Below are positions 10,465 to 20,960 of a stretch of 64,000 nucleotides of DNA, piece after piece. Position numbers and translations under genes: made by a program. The stretch covers positions 65,094 through 129,093 of the forward strand of contig JBBABB010000001.1 in the NCBI GenBank assembly GCA_041657885.1, written 5' to 3'. The DNA comes from Minisyncoccota bacterium. Its GTDB lineage: Bacteria > Patescibacteriota > Minisyncoccia > Phycocordibacterales > UBA9973. The notes under the pieces are model-generated. The model had not been told where the DNA came from, did not search any database, and worked only from the letters and a program-made list of their open reading frames with translations. The stretch's first letter is position 1; every line of letters starts with the position of its first letter.

Positions 10465-11772
10465 ATGCTAGATATTAAGTTTATACGGGAAAATAAAGAT
10501 ATAGTTAAAGAAGGAGCTAAGAAGAAACACATCGAAGTTGATATTGATGGGCTTATTTCTATTGATGAAAAAAGATTGGAATTACTCTCTCGCGTTGAAT
10601 TTTTACGTGGCGAACAAAATAAATGTAGTGTTTCCATGGGTGGAACATTGAGCAAAGAAGCTCGTGAGCAATTAATTCAAGAAATGAGTTTAGTTAAAGA
10701 AGAATTGAAAGAAAAGGAAGAAGAACTTCGTGAGGTTATGAAAACATGGCAATCACTTATGTTAAAAATACCCAACATTCCTTCTGTAGATACTCCAGAT
10801 GGCCTTGATGAAACAGGTAATCAAATAATACGTCAATGGGGGGGAAAACCAGAATTTTCTTTTACTCCCAAAGAACATTTTGAACTAGGAAAAGCGTTAG
10901 GGATTATTGATACAGAAACAGCAGGCGAGGTTGCTTCGTCACGGTTTTCTTATTTGAAAGGAGATTTAGTCCTTTTACATTTTGCTCTAATCCAAATGTG
11001 TTGGGAAATTTTAACAAACGAAGAAATATTAAAAAAAATAGCGGAGGAATCTAATATTTCTATAAATATTTCTAAATTCATACCTGTTTTACCTCCAGTT
11101 TTTATTAGACCGTTAGTACAAGTAAAAATGGCACGATATATGACACCTGAGGAACATTATATTTTCCCCAACGATGACCTTATGCTTATCGGAAGTGCCG
11201 AGCATACACTTGGATCTATGCACATGAATAAAATTTTTGAAGAAAGTGAATTACCAATTAGATATGCAGGATATTCAACTGCCTTTAGGAGAGAAGCTGG
11301 TGCAGCTGGAAAAGATACTAATGGAATTTTACGTCAACATCAGTTTGATAAATTAGAAATGGAAGTTTTTTCTTTACCTGAAAATTCTATGCAGGAACAA
11401 AATTTTCTTGTTGCTATTCAGGAATATATATTACAAACTTTAAAATTACCATATCAAATAGTAATAATTTGCACAGGGGATATGGGTTTTCCAGATACAA
11501 GACAAATTGATATTGAAACATGGATGCCTGGACAAAATAAATATAGAGAAACTCATAGTGCAGATTTGACAGGGGGTTTTCAGTCTCGTCGTTTGAATAC
11601 TCGGGTACGAAGAAAAGATGGGAAGATAGAACCCGTCCACATGAATGATGCTACTGTTATTGCTCTTGGACGTACTCTCATAGCCATTATGGAAAATTAT
11701 CAACAAGCTGACGGTACTATCAAAATCCCTGAAGTTTTACAGAAATATTTAGGAAAAGATATTATTTCATAA
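10465..11772 (+). CDS. serS: Serine--tRNA ligase
   Basis: MLDIKFIREN, FRREAG, GILRQHQFDKLE, DIETWMP. Confidence 0.95.
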   Translation: MLDIKFIRENKDIVKEGAKKKHIEVDIDGLISIDEKRLELLSRVEFLRGEQNKCSVSMGGTLSKEAREQLIQEMSLVKEELKEKEEELREVMKTWQSLMLKIPNIPSVDTPDGLDETGNQIIRQWGGKPEFSFTPKEHFELGKALGIIDTETAGEVASSRFSYLKGDLVLLHFALIQMCWEILTNEEILKKIAEESNISINISKFIPVLPPVFIRPLVQVKMARYMTPEEHYIFPNDDLMLIGSAEHTLGSMHMNKIFEESELPIRYAGYSTAFRREAGAAGKDTNGILRQHQFDKLEMEVFSLPENSMQEQNFLVAIQEYILQTLKLPYQIVIICTGDMGFPDTRQIDIETWMPGQNKYRETHSADLTGGFQSRRLNTRVRRKDGKIEPVHMNDATVIALGRTLIAIMENYQQADGTIKIPEVLQKYLGKDIIS

Positions 11773-11779
11773 ATAAAAA

Positions 11780-12646
11780 ATGAAAGACATACCTACATCT
11801 CCGCGTATTATACAAATTAGGCGTAATCGTCGAGCGCGACGATTACGCCTGCTTATTCTTTTTTTTATACTTTTTGTTTCTATAACATGGGCTCTTGCTT
11901 TTTTTTCAGAAGATAGACACGTAATAATAGATAAAGTTGTAATAACGGGGACTCATATTATAGACCAAGACGAAGTAGAGAAAGAAGTTCGCGCAGATAT
12001 TTCTGGTAAATATGTTTATCTTTTTTCTAGGGCGAATAGTTTTATATACCCACGCAAACAAATTTATAATAATTTAATTTTAAATTTTCCAAGGATAGAG
12101 TCGCTTTCAGTTTCGCGTGAGGGATTAAAAACTTTGAAAATAAATATAAAGGAAAGAGTAGGCTCATTTTTGTATTGTGGAGTGATAATACCAGAAAATA
12201 AAGATGATGTTGGAGAAAATTGTTACTTCATAAATAATGATGGTTTTATTTTTGATAAAGCGCCATATTTCTCTGGAAATGTTTATTTTAAATATTATAT
12301 GGACCTTTCTGGTGGTGGCGAAAATCCATTGGGAAAGCAGATGACTAATGTTGAACGTTTCCACGCACTTGAAAGATTTATTGATGGGGTTACATCTTTA
12401 GGCTTTAAACCGATTTACCTAACTGTAGATCCAGATGGTACACATTCTTTGTATTTGAATCATGGGATAAATAATACTATACCTAAAATTATTTTTAAAA
12501 GTGATAATGATTTAGAGGTTATATTAGATAACCTAACTCTTTCTATGAGAAAAAAAGAATTTGCCGGTGAGATAAATTCAAAGTATAATACACTCCTATA
12601 TATAGACCTACGATTTAGTAACAAGGTCTTGTATAAGTTTCAGTAA
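11780..12646 (+). CDS. FtsQ/DivIB-like membrane protein
   Basis: Basic N-terminus, single TM, POTRA-like region, C-terminal YIDLRF..KV. Confidence 0.65.
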   Translation: MKDIPTSPRIIQIRRNRRARRLRLLILFFILFVSITWALAFFSEDRHVIIDKVVITGTHIIDQDEVEKEVRADISGKYVYLFSRANSFIYPRKQIYNNLILNFPRIESLSVSREGLKTLKINIKERVGSFLYCGVIIPENKDDVGENCYFINNDGFIFDKAPYFSGNVYFKYYMDLSGGGENPLGKQMTNVERFHALERFIDGVTSLGFKPIYLTVDPDGTHSLYLNHGINNTIPKIIFKSDNDLEVILDNLTLSMRKKEFAGEINSKYNTLLYIDLRFSNKVLYKFQ

Positions 12647-12650
12647 AAGG

Positions 12651-12781
12651 AATCTTTTAAAAATCATAAAATAGCTCTTCTCGAAATGCACGGATATTTT
12701 TCTGCTGAAAAATTCCTCGTGCTCGCGCCGTCGCGCTCCCAAGTCATTTCTCAAAGACTATTTTATTAATTTTAAAAGATT
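12651..12781. repeat. Intergenic long imperfect hairpin element
   Basis: AATCTTTTAAAA..ATAAAATAG / CTATTTTAT..TTTTAAAAGATT arms; inner ATTTTTCTGCTGAAAAAT hairpin also seen near 23468. Confidence 0.55.
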
Positions 12782-12788
12782 AGATATT

Positions 12789-13751
12789 ATGAAAAATTTC
12801 TGGGAAAAGTTACCGAAACCGTTTTTTTGTTTAGCGCCGATGGCCGATGTCACCGATGCGGCTTTTCGTAGTATTATTTGTAAATATGGAAAACCTGATG
12901 TTTTGTGGACAGAATTCATTTCTGCCGATGGGCTTATAAGTGCTGGTAGAGAAATTCTAAAAAATAATTTAATTTATTCAAAAAAAGAAAAGCCAATTGT
13001 CGCTCAACTTTTTTCTTCTAATCCAGTGAAGATGCGTCAAGCTGTAAAGTATGTCGCCTCACTTGGTTTTGATGGTATTGATATCAATATGGGATGCCCA
13101 GATAAATCTATTGAGAGACAAGGTGCAGGAGCGGCGATGATGAAAGATATGAAAAAAGCAAGAGAAATAATTCAGGCAGTCAAAGATGGAATAAAGGACT
13201 CTAAAAAGAATGTTTCAATATCAGTTAAAACTCGTGTCGGTTACAACAAAAGCCAGCTGGAAGAATGGATTCCTTTTTTGTTGTCACAGAATATTGATGC
13301 TCTCACTATTCATGCTCGTACCAGAAAGGAAATGTCAAAAGCTCCTGCAAACTGGGATTATGTAAAAAGGGTAGTGGAGATTAGAAATCAAATGATGGTC
13401 AAAACTAAAATAATTGGTAATGGTGATGTGAGAGATATAAAAGATGGTATAAAAAAAGCAAAAGAAACAGGTTGTGATGGTATTATGCTCGGCCGAGCAA
13501 TTTTTGGGAATCCATGGCTATTCTCTGGAAAAATTCCAACGACCAAAGAAAAATTAAAAGTTATGGTTGAACACACAAAACTATTTGAGAAAATTCTCGG
13601 CAAACATAAGAATTTTGCTGTGATGAAAAAACATTTCAAGGCATATGTAAATGGTTTTGACGGAGCTAAAGAATTACGAGTAGAATTGATGGAAACAAAA
13701 ACCACCAAAGAGGTAGAAAATGTAGTTAATGATTTTATCAAAAATCATTAA
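12789..13751 (+). CDS. tRNA-dihydrouridine synthase (Dus family)
   Basis: LAPMADVTD, DINMGCP, IHART, GNGDV, MLGRA. Confidence 0.92.
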   Translation: MKNFWEKLPKPFFCLAPMADVTDAAFRSIICKYGKPDVLWTEFISADGLISAGREILKNNLIYSKKEKPIVAQLFSSNPVKMRQAVKYVASLGFDGIDINMGCPDKSIERQGAGAAMMKDMKKAREIIQAVKDGIKDSKKNVSISVKTRVGYNKSQLEEWIPFLLSQNIDALTIHARTRKEMSKAPANWDYVKRVVEIRNQMMVKTKIIGNGDVRDIKDGIKKAKETGCDGIMLGRAIFGNPWLFSGKIPTTKEKLKVMVEHTKLFEKILGKHKNFAVMKKHFKAYVNGFDGAKELRVELMETKTTKEVENVVNDFIKNH

Positions 13752-13768
13752 TTTGGTATAATGTCCAC

Positions 13769-14845
13769 ATGAAAGATTCCAATATTGCACTATATAGGAA
13801 ATATCGCCCAGAGAGCTTTGATGAGGTTATTGGCCAAGACCACATTGTAAAGGCCATTTCAGGCAGTTTAAAGGCAGGTCGTGTGGCTCATGCCTATCTT
13901 TTTTGTGGTCCTCGTGGTATAGGAAAGACAAGTGTTGCTCGCATAATAGCAAAAGAACTAGGTACATCTGTTAATGATATTTATGAAATGGATGCAGCTA
14001 GTAATCGTGGAATAGATGATATAAGAGATATCAATGAAAATGTTCGTACTCTACCTTTTGATTCAAAATACAAAATTTACATTTTAGATGAAGTACATAT
14101 GTTTACAAAGGAAGCCTGGAATGCACTTTTAAAAACTATTGAAGAACCACCAGAGCATGTGATTTTTATTCTCGCCACAACCGAGCTGGAAAAGGTGCCT
14201 GAAACAATAATTTCTCGTTGCCAAAGTTTCGTTTTTAAGAAACCCAATGATGCAATTTTATCACAACACATTAAAAATATTGCAAAGAAAGAAGAATACA
14301 AACTTGAAGACGGTGGAGCCGAACTCATCGCGCTCCTTGCTGATGGTGCATTTCGTGACGCGCTTGGAACTTTGCAGAAAGTTATTTCTTTTTCAAAAGA
14401 TAAAATAATAAATATAACTGAAATTGAAGAAATTACAGGCGCTCCGAATACTACATTGGTAGATAGTTTCCTAGATGCACTTGCTACAAATGATATTGAT
14501 AAAGGATTTGCGTCTATTGAAAAAGCCGTCAATCAAAACATTGATATGGGAGTTTATATTAAAATGATTCTTTACAAACTTCGTTATGCCCTTATGCTTC
14601 GCTATGTACCAAATACAAAAAAATCTATTGAGGCAACAGTTAGTGAACGCGATTTAGAGTATCTCACAAAACTTGTATCAACAAAACCTGAACATATCTC
14701 GTCTGCAACTCTTTCAATCCTGCTCGAAACATATCAATCCCTTCGCACGGCCGTGATAAGTGAATTACCACTTGAGCTTGCACTAATCAAAATCCTTAAT
14801 GCTGAAAAACCAAATAAAAAAACAGAAGAATCCACCCACACATAA
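13769..14845 (+). CDS. dnaX: DNA polymerase III subunit gamma/tau
   Basis: LYRKYRP, GPRGIGKT, DAASNRG, LDEVHM, TIISRCQ. Confidence 0.94.
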   Translation: MKDSNIALYRKYRPESFDEVIGQDHIVKAISGSLKAGRVAHAYLFCGPRGIGKTSVARIIAKELGTSVNDIYEMDAASNRGIDDIRDINENVRTLPFDSKYKIYILDEVHMFTKEAWNALLKTIEEPPEHVIFILATTELEKVPETIISRCQSFVFKKPNDAILSQHIKNIAKKEEYKLEDGGAELIALLADGAFRDALGTLQKVISFSKDKIINITEIEEITGAPNTTLVDSFLDALATNDIDKGFASIEKAVNQNIDMGVYIKMILYKLRYALMLRYVPNTKKSIEATVSERDLEYLTKLVSTKPEHISSATLSILLETYQSLRTAVISELPLELALIKILNAEKPNKKTEESTHT

Positions 14846-14849
14846 AGTT

Positions 14850-16100
14850 ATGGTGAGACAAAGTAAAATTTGGGATGTAATCATCATAGGTGGCGGTGCC
14901 TCTGGTCTTATGGCAGGAGCTGTGGCTTCGGCGCGTGGTAAATCGTGCCTTGTGATAGATAAAAATAAAACTCCAGGGGAGAAATTAAAAATCACCGGTG
15001 GCGGTAGATGCAATATTACCAACAATGAACCTGATATTCACAAATTACTAAAAGTTTATGGCGAAGGAGCCCCGTATTTATATTCACCATTTTCTATTTT
15101 TGGAGTTAAAGATACGTTCAATTATTTTGAGTCGCGCGGTTTGCCACTTGTTGTCCAGGCGCGTAATCGTGTTTTCCCAGTAACAGAAAAAGCTTCTGAT
15201 GTTTTTAGGGTTTTAGAAAAAGAATTAGAGAAAAATAATGTTTCTGTAAAAAGTAATTGCACCGTTAAGAAAATAAATGTGTGTGATAATTTAATAGAAA
15301 GTGTAGGGACAAACAATGGGCTTTTATATGCGAAATCATTTATTCTTGCGACTGGTGGGATGTCACATCCTGAGACTGGCTCAACGGGAGATGGATTAAA
15401 ATGGCTTAAAGATATAGGGCATACTGTGAAAGATTCAAGTCCAGATATTGTGCCATTAGCTGTGAGTGATAAATGGGTAAAGAGTTTGGCTGGTGTGTCA
15501 TTATCTTTTATGAAAATAACTTTCTTTCTTGAGGGTAAAAAGCAATTTTCTAAACTTGGCAAAATATTATTTACACATTTTGGTCTTTCTGGTCCTCTTA
15601 TTTTAAATAGTTCTAAAAAGGTAGATGATTTATTACAACAGGAAGGTAGGGTTACTGCTCATATTGATGCATACCCAGATACAAATGAAGGTAAGCTTGA
15701 AGAATTTATCATTAAAGTTTTTGATGCTAATAAAAATAAAATATGGAGAACTGTTTTGAAAGATATTGTTCCAGAAGGAATAACAAAGGCTATTGAATTA
15801 ATAGAGACAGGGTTAGATTTTAATACTAAAGTTCACAGTATCAGTAAAGAAGATAGGAAAAAGTTTGTAAAATTATTAAAGAATCTTCCAGTAGAAATTA
15901 CAAATCTTATGGGTTACGATAGGTCTATAGTAGCAGATGGTGGAGTATCATTAAAAGAATTAGACATGAAAAATATGTCTTCAAAATTATACAAGAATTT
16001 ATTTATTACAGGAGATTTACTAAATATAAGTAGAAACTCCGGAGGTTATTCTCTCCAGATTTGTTGGACGACGGGTTATGTGGCGGGAATTTCAGTTTAA
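14850..16100 (+). CDS. HI0933/BaiN-family flavoprotein
   Basis: IIGGGASG, KLKITGGGRCNITN, ATGG..HP..GSTGDG, LFTHFGLSGP, GGYSLQ. Confidence 0.88.
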   Translation: MVRQSKIWDVIIIGGGASGLMAGAVASARGKSCLVIDKNKTPGEKLKITGGGRCNITNNEPDIHKLLKVYGEGAPYLYSPFSIFGVKDTFNYFESRGLPLVVQARNRVFPVTEKASDVFRVLEKELEKNNVSVKSNCTVKKINVCDNLIESVGTNNGLLYAKSFILATGGMSHPETGSTGDGLKWLKDIGHTVKDSSPDIVPLAVSDKWVKSLAGVSLSFMKITFFLEGKKQFSKLGKILFTHFGLSGPLILNSSKKVDDLLQQEGRVTAHIDAYPDTNEGKLEEFIIKVFDANKNKIWRTVLKDIVPEGITKAIELIETGLDFNTKVHSISKEDRKKFVKLLKNLPVEITNLMGYDRSIVADGGVSLKELDMKNMSSKLYKNLFITGDLLNISRNSGGYSLQICWTTGYVAGISV

Positions 16101-17113
16101 TTCTGTATCTCTTTTTTATAAATAGAAACTAAACTATATAGTAAACTCAAAACGAGTGGGCCAATAAGGATTCCTAAGGGACCTATCAATGATACCGCGC
16201 CTAAGATTGCAAAAAGAATAAATAGAGAAGGAATCTCAGTATCTTTTGAAATAATGTATGGACTTAATATGTTATCTATTGTTCCAACAATAATAATTGA
16301 CCAAATAAGAAGTCCAAGAGCTTGTAATTGCATTCCTGTGAAGAATAAGAACAATATTGCTGGCACTGTAACTACAGAGGTTCCAATTGTCGGAATAAAT
16401 GATGCGATAGCTGCGACTATTGCCCAAATAATAGCGTTCGGGACACCGAAAACTGTAAATCCAATCCAAGCTAGAATCCCTTGAGCGATCGCGATAATAA
16501 ATGACCCCTTAAATATTCGATTAATTGATTTTTTAAGATTTGTAAGAATTTCGCTTGTATTATTATCTCTAAGTGGGAGAATTTTCATAAAACCCTTTTC
16601 CCATTTTTCGCCATCTTTTAATAAATAGAAGAGAGTAAATATCATCAAGACGAACATCACGATAGAGTTGATAGTTGATGAGAAAAATTTAGTCAAGTTG
16701 TTTGATAGGGAAGAAACTAACTGTGTTATTTTTGAATGAATATCAAAACTAAAACCTTCTGGTAGTAGTTTATTAATAGAAGAATTAATTGATTCTATGA
16801 AGTGACTAGAATTTCCTGAACTAATTACGTTGAGGTATAAGTCTTGTGTTTGATTAAAAACCGCTTTACCGATGAAAAATAAGGGAACACATAAAAACAC
16901 AAGAAATATTATTACAGTTAATAAAGATGCGAGCCATGCGATATTTTTGACTAAGTGTTTTTTGATCCACAAATAAATTGGATTAAGTACTACAGCAAAA
17001 GCTGTTGCTAGCACAAGCATAGCAAGAAAAGGATAAAAAATTAAAAGGGTAATTACTACTGTTATTAATAATAATACAAACAAAAAATATTTTTCTGTTG
17101 AAGTTATTTGCAT
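16097..17113 (-). CDS. AI-2E family transporter
   Basis: Multi-TM; FYLLKDG, DNILSP, GILIGP motifs. Confidence 0.85.
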   Translation of the reverse strand: MQITSTEKYFLFVLLLITVVITLLIFYPFLAMLVLATAFAVVLNPIYLWIKKHLVKNIAWLASLLTVIIFLVFLCVPLFFIGKAVFNQTQDLYLNVISSGNSSHFIESINSSINKLLPEGFSFDIHSKITQLVSSLSNNLTKFFSSTINSIVMFVLMIFTLFYLLKDGEKWEKGFMKILPLRDNNTSEILTNLKKSINRIFKGSFIIAIAQGILAWIGFTVFGVPNAIIWAIVAAIASFIPTIGTSVVTVPAILFLFFTGMQLQALGLLIWSIIIVGTIDNILSPYIISKDTEIPSLFILFAILGAVSLIGPLGILIGPLVLSLLYSLVSIYKKEIQN

Positions 17114-17189
17114 GGGTATATTATAACATAATATATAGATAGTTGAAAAATAGTTGTTTTTAGGGTATTCTTATAAATGTTTAAATATT

Positions 17190-17260
17190 TGGGGGATCGT
17201 CTAACGGTAGGACGTCTGCCTTTGAAGCAGAAAATTTAGGTCCGATTCCTAGTCCCCCAG
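17190..17260 (+). tRNA. tRNA-Gln(TTG)
   Basis: Acceptor TGGGGGA/TCCCCCA, anticodon arm TCTGC-CTTTGAA-GCAGA; T-loop TCCGATT. Confidence 0.9.
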
Positions 17261-17279
17261 CAATTTTTTATTCAGCATT

Positions 17280-18326
17280 TTAATTTTCTTCTTGGGGTTT
17301 CTCTATAGAAAGAGTTTCAATCTCTATTGTCTCTCCGGTAATTCGCATGACGTCTTTATCTATTTTTCTGAATTCGTGATTTGATTTATTAAAATGATTT
17401 ACTGTTGTTTCAATAGATTTGCCAAGTTTTTGGTGAACTTCTTCGTAACTTCGTAAATGTGTTCCCAGCTCTCCAACTCTTTTAATAATATCTTTTGCCC
17501 CTTCTTCTATTTGCATGGCTTTGAGGCCCTGAAGCACTGTTTGCAGATATGCAAGGAATGAAGTAGGGGATACTATTATAACTTTATATTTACTAGCAGC
17601 TCTTTGAATCAAGTTATCTGTCTCTTCACTACTTCCACCAATTTTATTTACCAACAAATCATAATAGATTGCTTCGTGAGGGATGAACATAAAAGCGAAA
17701 TCCATGGTGTTTTCTTTTGGTTGGATATATTTAGATGTTTCAACTATTCTATTCTTTAAATCACCCACAAAAAGTTTCTCAAGGCGGTCCTTTTCTCCCT
17801 TATCATTTGTCTCTGAAATACGATTGTAATTTTCAAGTGAGAACTTTGAATCAATAGGAATAATTTTATCTTTAACAAAAACCACCGCATCAACTATAGT
17901 CCCATCAGGAAATGGATACTGCATTTGATAACTTCCCGGGGGCATAACATTTTTGAGTAATGTCTCAAGGTAATATTCTCCCAAAACTCCTCGTTGCTTT
18001 GGGTTCTTCAATATGTCTTGCAAGTTTTTAAGCTGGTCAGCAAAGGAAACAACTTGTTTATTTGTCTCATCTAGACGGGTAATTTTCTCAGTAATATCAG
18101 CGATAATTCGCGATGTTTCTGTTGATTGGTATCGCATGGATTGGCTTATTTCTTTTTGGGATTCACCAAGCTTGTTGTCTATAGTGCGAGATAATTCATT
18201 TATTTGAGTCAAAAGAAGTTGTACCCCATTATCACTCTTCTCAACTGGTCCCTTTTTCAGAAAGAAAAATAACCCTATGACAAGGACAATGAGAACTCCC
18301 AGAAAAATAATGATAAGTAAATTCAT
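17280..18326 (-). CDS. rmuC: DNA recombination protein RmuC
   Basis: N-terminal TM, coiled coil, RGVLGE, IPIDSKF, FAFMFIP, IVSPT. Confidence 0.9.
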   Translation of the reverse strand: MNLLIIIFLGVLIVLVIGLFFFLKKGPVEKSDNGVQLLLTQINELSRTIDNKLGESQKEISQSMRYQSTETSRIIADITEKITRLDETNKQVVSFADQLKNLQDILKNPKQRGVLGEYYLETLLKNVMPPGSYQMQYPFPDGTIVDAVVFVKDKIIPIDSKFSLENYNRISETNDKGEKDRLEKLFVGDLKNRIVETSKYIQPKENTMDFAFMFIPHEAIYYDLLVNKIGGSSEETDNLIQRAASKYKVIIVSPTSFLAYLQTVLQGLKAMQIEEGAKDIIKRVGELGTHLRSYEEVHQKLGKSIETTVNHFNKSNHEFRKIDKDVMRITGETIEIETLSIEKPQEEN

Positions 18327-18346
18327 ATTCTTATTCTATCATATTT

Positions 18347-19108
18347 TTATTGTAATTTCCCTAGGTGATATTTAAGTGTATAAATCCAATCTTCTTCGGC
18401 TTCAGCGTTATTTTGTTCTTTTTGAGTAAGCATCCAATCTAGGTATCCTCGGTCTATGTTTGAAACTTCTTCCACCGTCTTTCCGTTATATTTTCCAAAA
18501 TTAAACATATTCATAAGTGAAGGACGGGATGATATATCTATCATTTTCTCAATAGCTTTTTCTTCACTCACGCTTTCCTCCTTCATTATCTTATCAAGTA
18601 ATCGCTCATACAATTTCTCAAGAACCAATACATCGCCAAGGGCATCGTGTGCTTCTGCCTCAATCTCAATATCTAAATAGTATCGCAAATATTGAAGGCG
18701 GTATTGCGGAATAACATTGTTTTTATCAAGAGCACGTGCGACACGAAGTGTGCAAATAGTATTTGCTGGAATAATTCCTTCATTTTTTATTATTTCAGAA
18801 TCAAACTTATTGTTATGAGCCACCATGATAGAGTCAGGAGATTCAAGTAAAATTTTTATTTTTCCATACTCACCACTTTCTTTAAAAGCTTTTTTATCTA
18901 TTACCATTTTATTAGTAATATGATGAACAGCTGAAGCCTCAGGGGGGATAGGAATTGGTGGTTTATAAAGTTCACAAAAAGTCTCTTCCTTCGGCTCGCC
19001 AGAGCCTTGTGTGGAGGCGGCTTTGGTCTTATAAGCCAACTGGCAGAGGAAATCCTTTTTGGGTTCATTGCCCGTTGTTTCAGTATCAAAAAATATAATT
19101 TTTTTCAT
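18347..19108 (-). CDS. DEDDh 3'-5' exonuclease with C-terminal FGKY domain
   Basis: FFDTETTG, VAHNNKFD, AHDALGDV, FNFGKYNG. Confidence 0.85.
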   Translation of the reverse strand: MKKIIFFDTETTGNEPKKDFLCQLAYKTKAASTQGSGEPKEETFCELYKPPIPIPPEASAVHHITNKMVIDKKAFKESGEYGKIKILLESPDSIMVAHNNKFDSEIIKNEGIIPANTICTLRVARALDKNNVIPQYRLQYLRYYLDIEIEAEAHDALGDVLVLEKLYERLLDKIMKEESVSEEKAIEKMIDISSRPSLMNMFNFGKYNGKTVEEVSNIDRGYLDWMLTQKEQNNAEAEEDWIYTLKYHLGKLQ

Positions 19109-19144
19109 AATTGTATTTTAACATAAATTTGATATAATAATAGT

Positions 19145-19597
19145 ATGTTACACGAACAAATTAAGAATAGTATAAAAGATTGTATGAAATCAGGGGACAA
19201 GGTTCGCCTTGAGGTTATGAGGGGATTAGTCACAGCTTTTACCAATGAACTTGTAGCAACCAATAGAACTCCACAAGATATGCTTACTGATGAAGAAGCT
19301 ATTAAAGTTATAACACGAGCTTCCAAACAACATAAGGATTCAATAGAGCAATTTACAAAGGGTGGACGTATGGATTTGGTAGATATAGAGACAGACCAAC
19401 TTCATATTTTAGAAGAATTTTTACCAAAATTGATGGAAATAGGTGAGATAGAAGAATTTGTAAAAAATAAGATTGATGAGCTAACTATTAAGGATTTAAC
19501 TAAAAAGGGTATGTTTATGTCTTCTATTATGAAAGAACTTAAGGGCAAGGCTGATGGTTCACAGGTTAAAGAGGTCGTTGATAAATTATTTGTTTAA
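19145..19597 (+). CDS. GatB/YqeY domain protein
   Basis: KDSIEQF..GGR.DL, LEEFLPK, KGKADG. Confidence 0.85.
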   Translation: MLHEQIKNSIKDCMKSGDKVRLEVMRGLVTAFTNELVATNRTPQDMLTDEEAIKVITRASKQHKDSIEQFTKGGRMDLVDIETDQLHILEEFLPKLMEIGEIEEFVKNKIDELTIKDLTKKGMFMSSIMKELKGKADGSQVKEVVDKLFV

Positions 19598-19607
19598 TTT
19601 TTAAATT

Positions 19608-19952
19608 ATGAAATTAATTTTACATTGGATTATTCTTTCTATCGCAGTTTTTGCAACTTCTAAAATTATTGAGGGAATCGCAATAGACCCTATCTGGGTT
19701 ACTCTTATCGTCGGGGCATGTCTCACACTTTTCAATATGTTTGTAAAGCCGATTATTAAAATTCTAACTTTACCAATAAACTTGATAACCTTAGGACTTT
19801 TTTCTCTCGTTATAAATGGGGCAGTATTTTGGTATATGGGAACTTTCATTCAAGGCTTTTCCGTTTCCACTTTCTACGCTGCTTTTATAGGGGCATTACT
19901 TGTCTCAATAATCAACTGGATATTAAGTAAAGTATTCCATTTTGATAATTAA
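19608..19952 (+). CDS. 4-TM membrane protein (phage holin family/YvlD-like)
   Basis: KPIIKILTLPINLITLGLF..VIN motif. Confidence 0.8.
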   Translation: MKLILHWIILSIAVFATSKIIEGIAIDPIWVTLIVGACLTLFNMFVKPIIKILTLPINLITLGLFSLVINGAVFWYMGTFIQGFSVSTFYAAFIGALLVSIINWILSKVFHFDN

Positions 19953-19956
19953 GTGT

Positions 19957-20853
19957 ATGTCAATCTTTACAAAAAAGAAAATATTAGTTACTCACAATGG
20001 TTCTTTCCATGCAGATGACCTTTTTGCTACAGCAACTTTGTCAATTTTAAATAATGGAAATATAAAAATAATTCGCACACGTGATCCGAAAGTAATTGAG
20101 AGGGGAGATTATGTTTATGATGTTGGTGGAATTTATGATCCGAGAAAAGATCGTTTTGATCACCACCAAAAGGGTGGCGCAGGTGTTAGAGAAAATGGCA
20201 TCCTGTATTCGTCATTTGGTCTTGTTTGGAATAAATATGGAGAGAAAATTTGCGGGTCCAAAGAATTAGCAAAAATAGTTGATGATAAGCTCGTAGCTCC
20301 TATTGATGCTGGTGATAACGGTTTTGATTTGATTGAAAAAAAACATAAAATTTTTCCTTACTTAATTCAAGACGCTTTATCCATTTTTCGTCCCACATCA
20401 TTGGAAAAGATGGACAATGATGAACAATTTAAAAAAGCTCTTATTTGGGTAAAAGAAATTTTAAAGAGGGAAATAAAAAAATCCAGCGATCAAATAGAAA
20501 TTACAAAAATTATTCAGACTTTTTATAAAAATAGCACAGATAAAAGATTGATAGTAATAGAAATGCCGAATGTTTCTAGATATGAAATATGGGATGCATT
20601 ACAAGATTTTCCGGAACCTCTTTTTGTAGTTTATAAAACTGATGAATGGCGAATTATAGCAATGCGTTCAGATATTAATTCTTTCGGAAATAGAAAAGAT
20701 TTTCCGGAGAGTTGGGCTGGTCTTAGAGATGAAGAATTTCAAAAAATTTCCGGAGTAATAGATGCTGTTTTTTGTCACAAAAATTTGTTTCTTGTTGGTG
20801 TCAAAAGTAAAGAAGGAGCCATTGAACTTGCTGAAAGAGCTTTAGTAGCGTAA
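19957..20853 (+). CDS. MYG1 family protein
   Basis: VTHNGSFHADD, IRTRD, DVGG.YD, FDHHQ, FCH. Confidence 0.9.
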   Translation: MSIFTKKKILVTHNGSFHADDLFATATLSILNNGNIKIIRTRDPKVIERGDYVYDVGGIYDPRKDRFDHHQKGGAGVRENGILYSSFGLVWNKYGEKICGSKELAKIVDDKLVAPIDAGDNGFDLIEKKHKIFPYLIQDALSIFRPTSLEKMDNDEQFKKALIWVKEILKREIKKSSDQIEITKIIQTFYKNSTDKRLIVIEMPNVSRYEIWDALQDFPEPLFVVYKTDEWRIIAMRSDINSFGNRKDFPESWAGLRDEEFQKISGVIDAVFCHKNLFLVGVKSKEGAIELAERALVA

Positions 20854-20863
20854 GTTGGAGTAT

Positions 20864-20953
20864 AGCTTCGCACAAAATAATTTAATTTTCTTGCGCTTTA
20901 CCCTAAAGGGCTCCGACGCGACAGCGAAAATCAATTTATTTTGTGCTCGCTAG
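20864..20953. repeat. Hairpin element with core CGCTTTACCCTAAAGGGCTCCGACGCG (copy 2)
   Basis: GCACAAAATAA / TTATTTTGTGC arms around a core identical to that at ~10362. Confidence 0.8.
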
Positions 20954-20960
20954 AATACAT

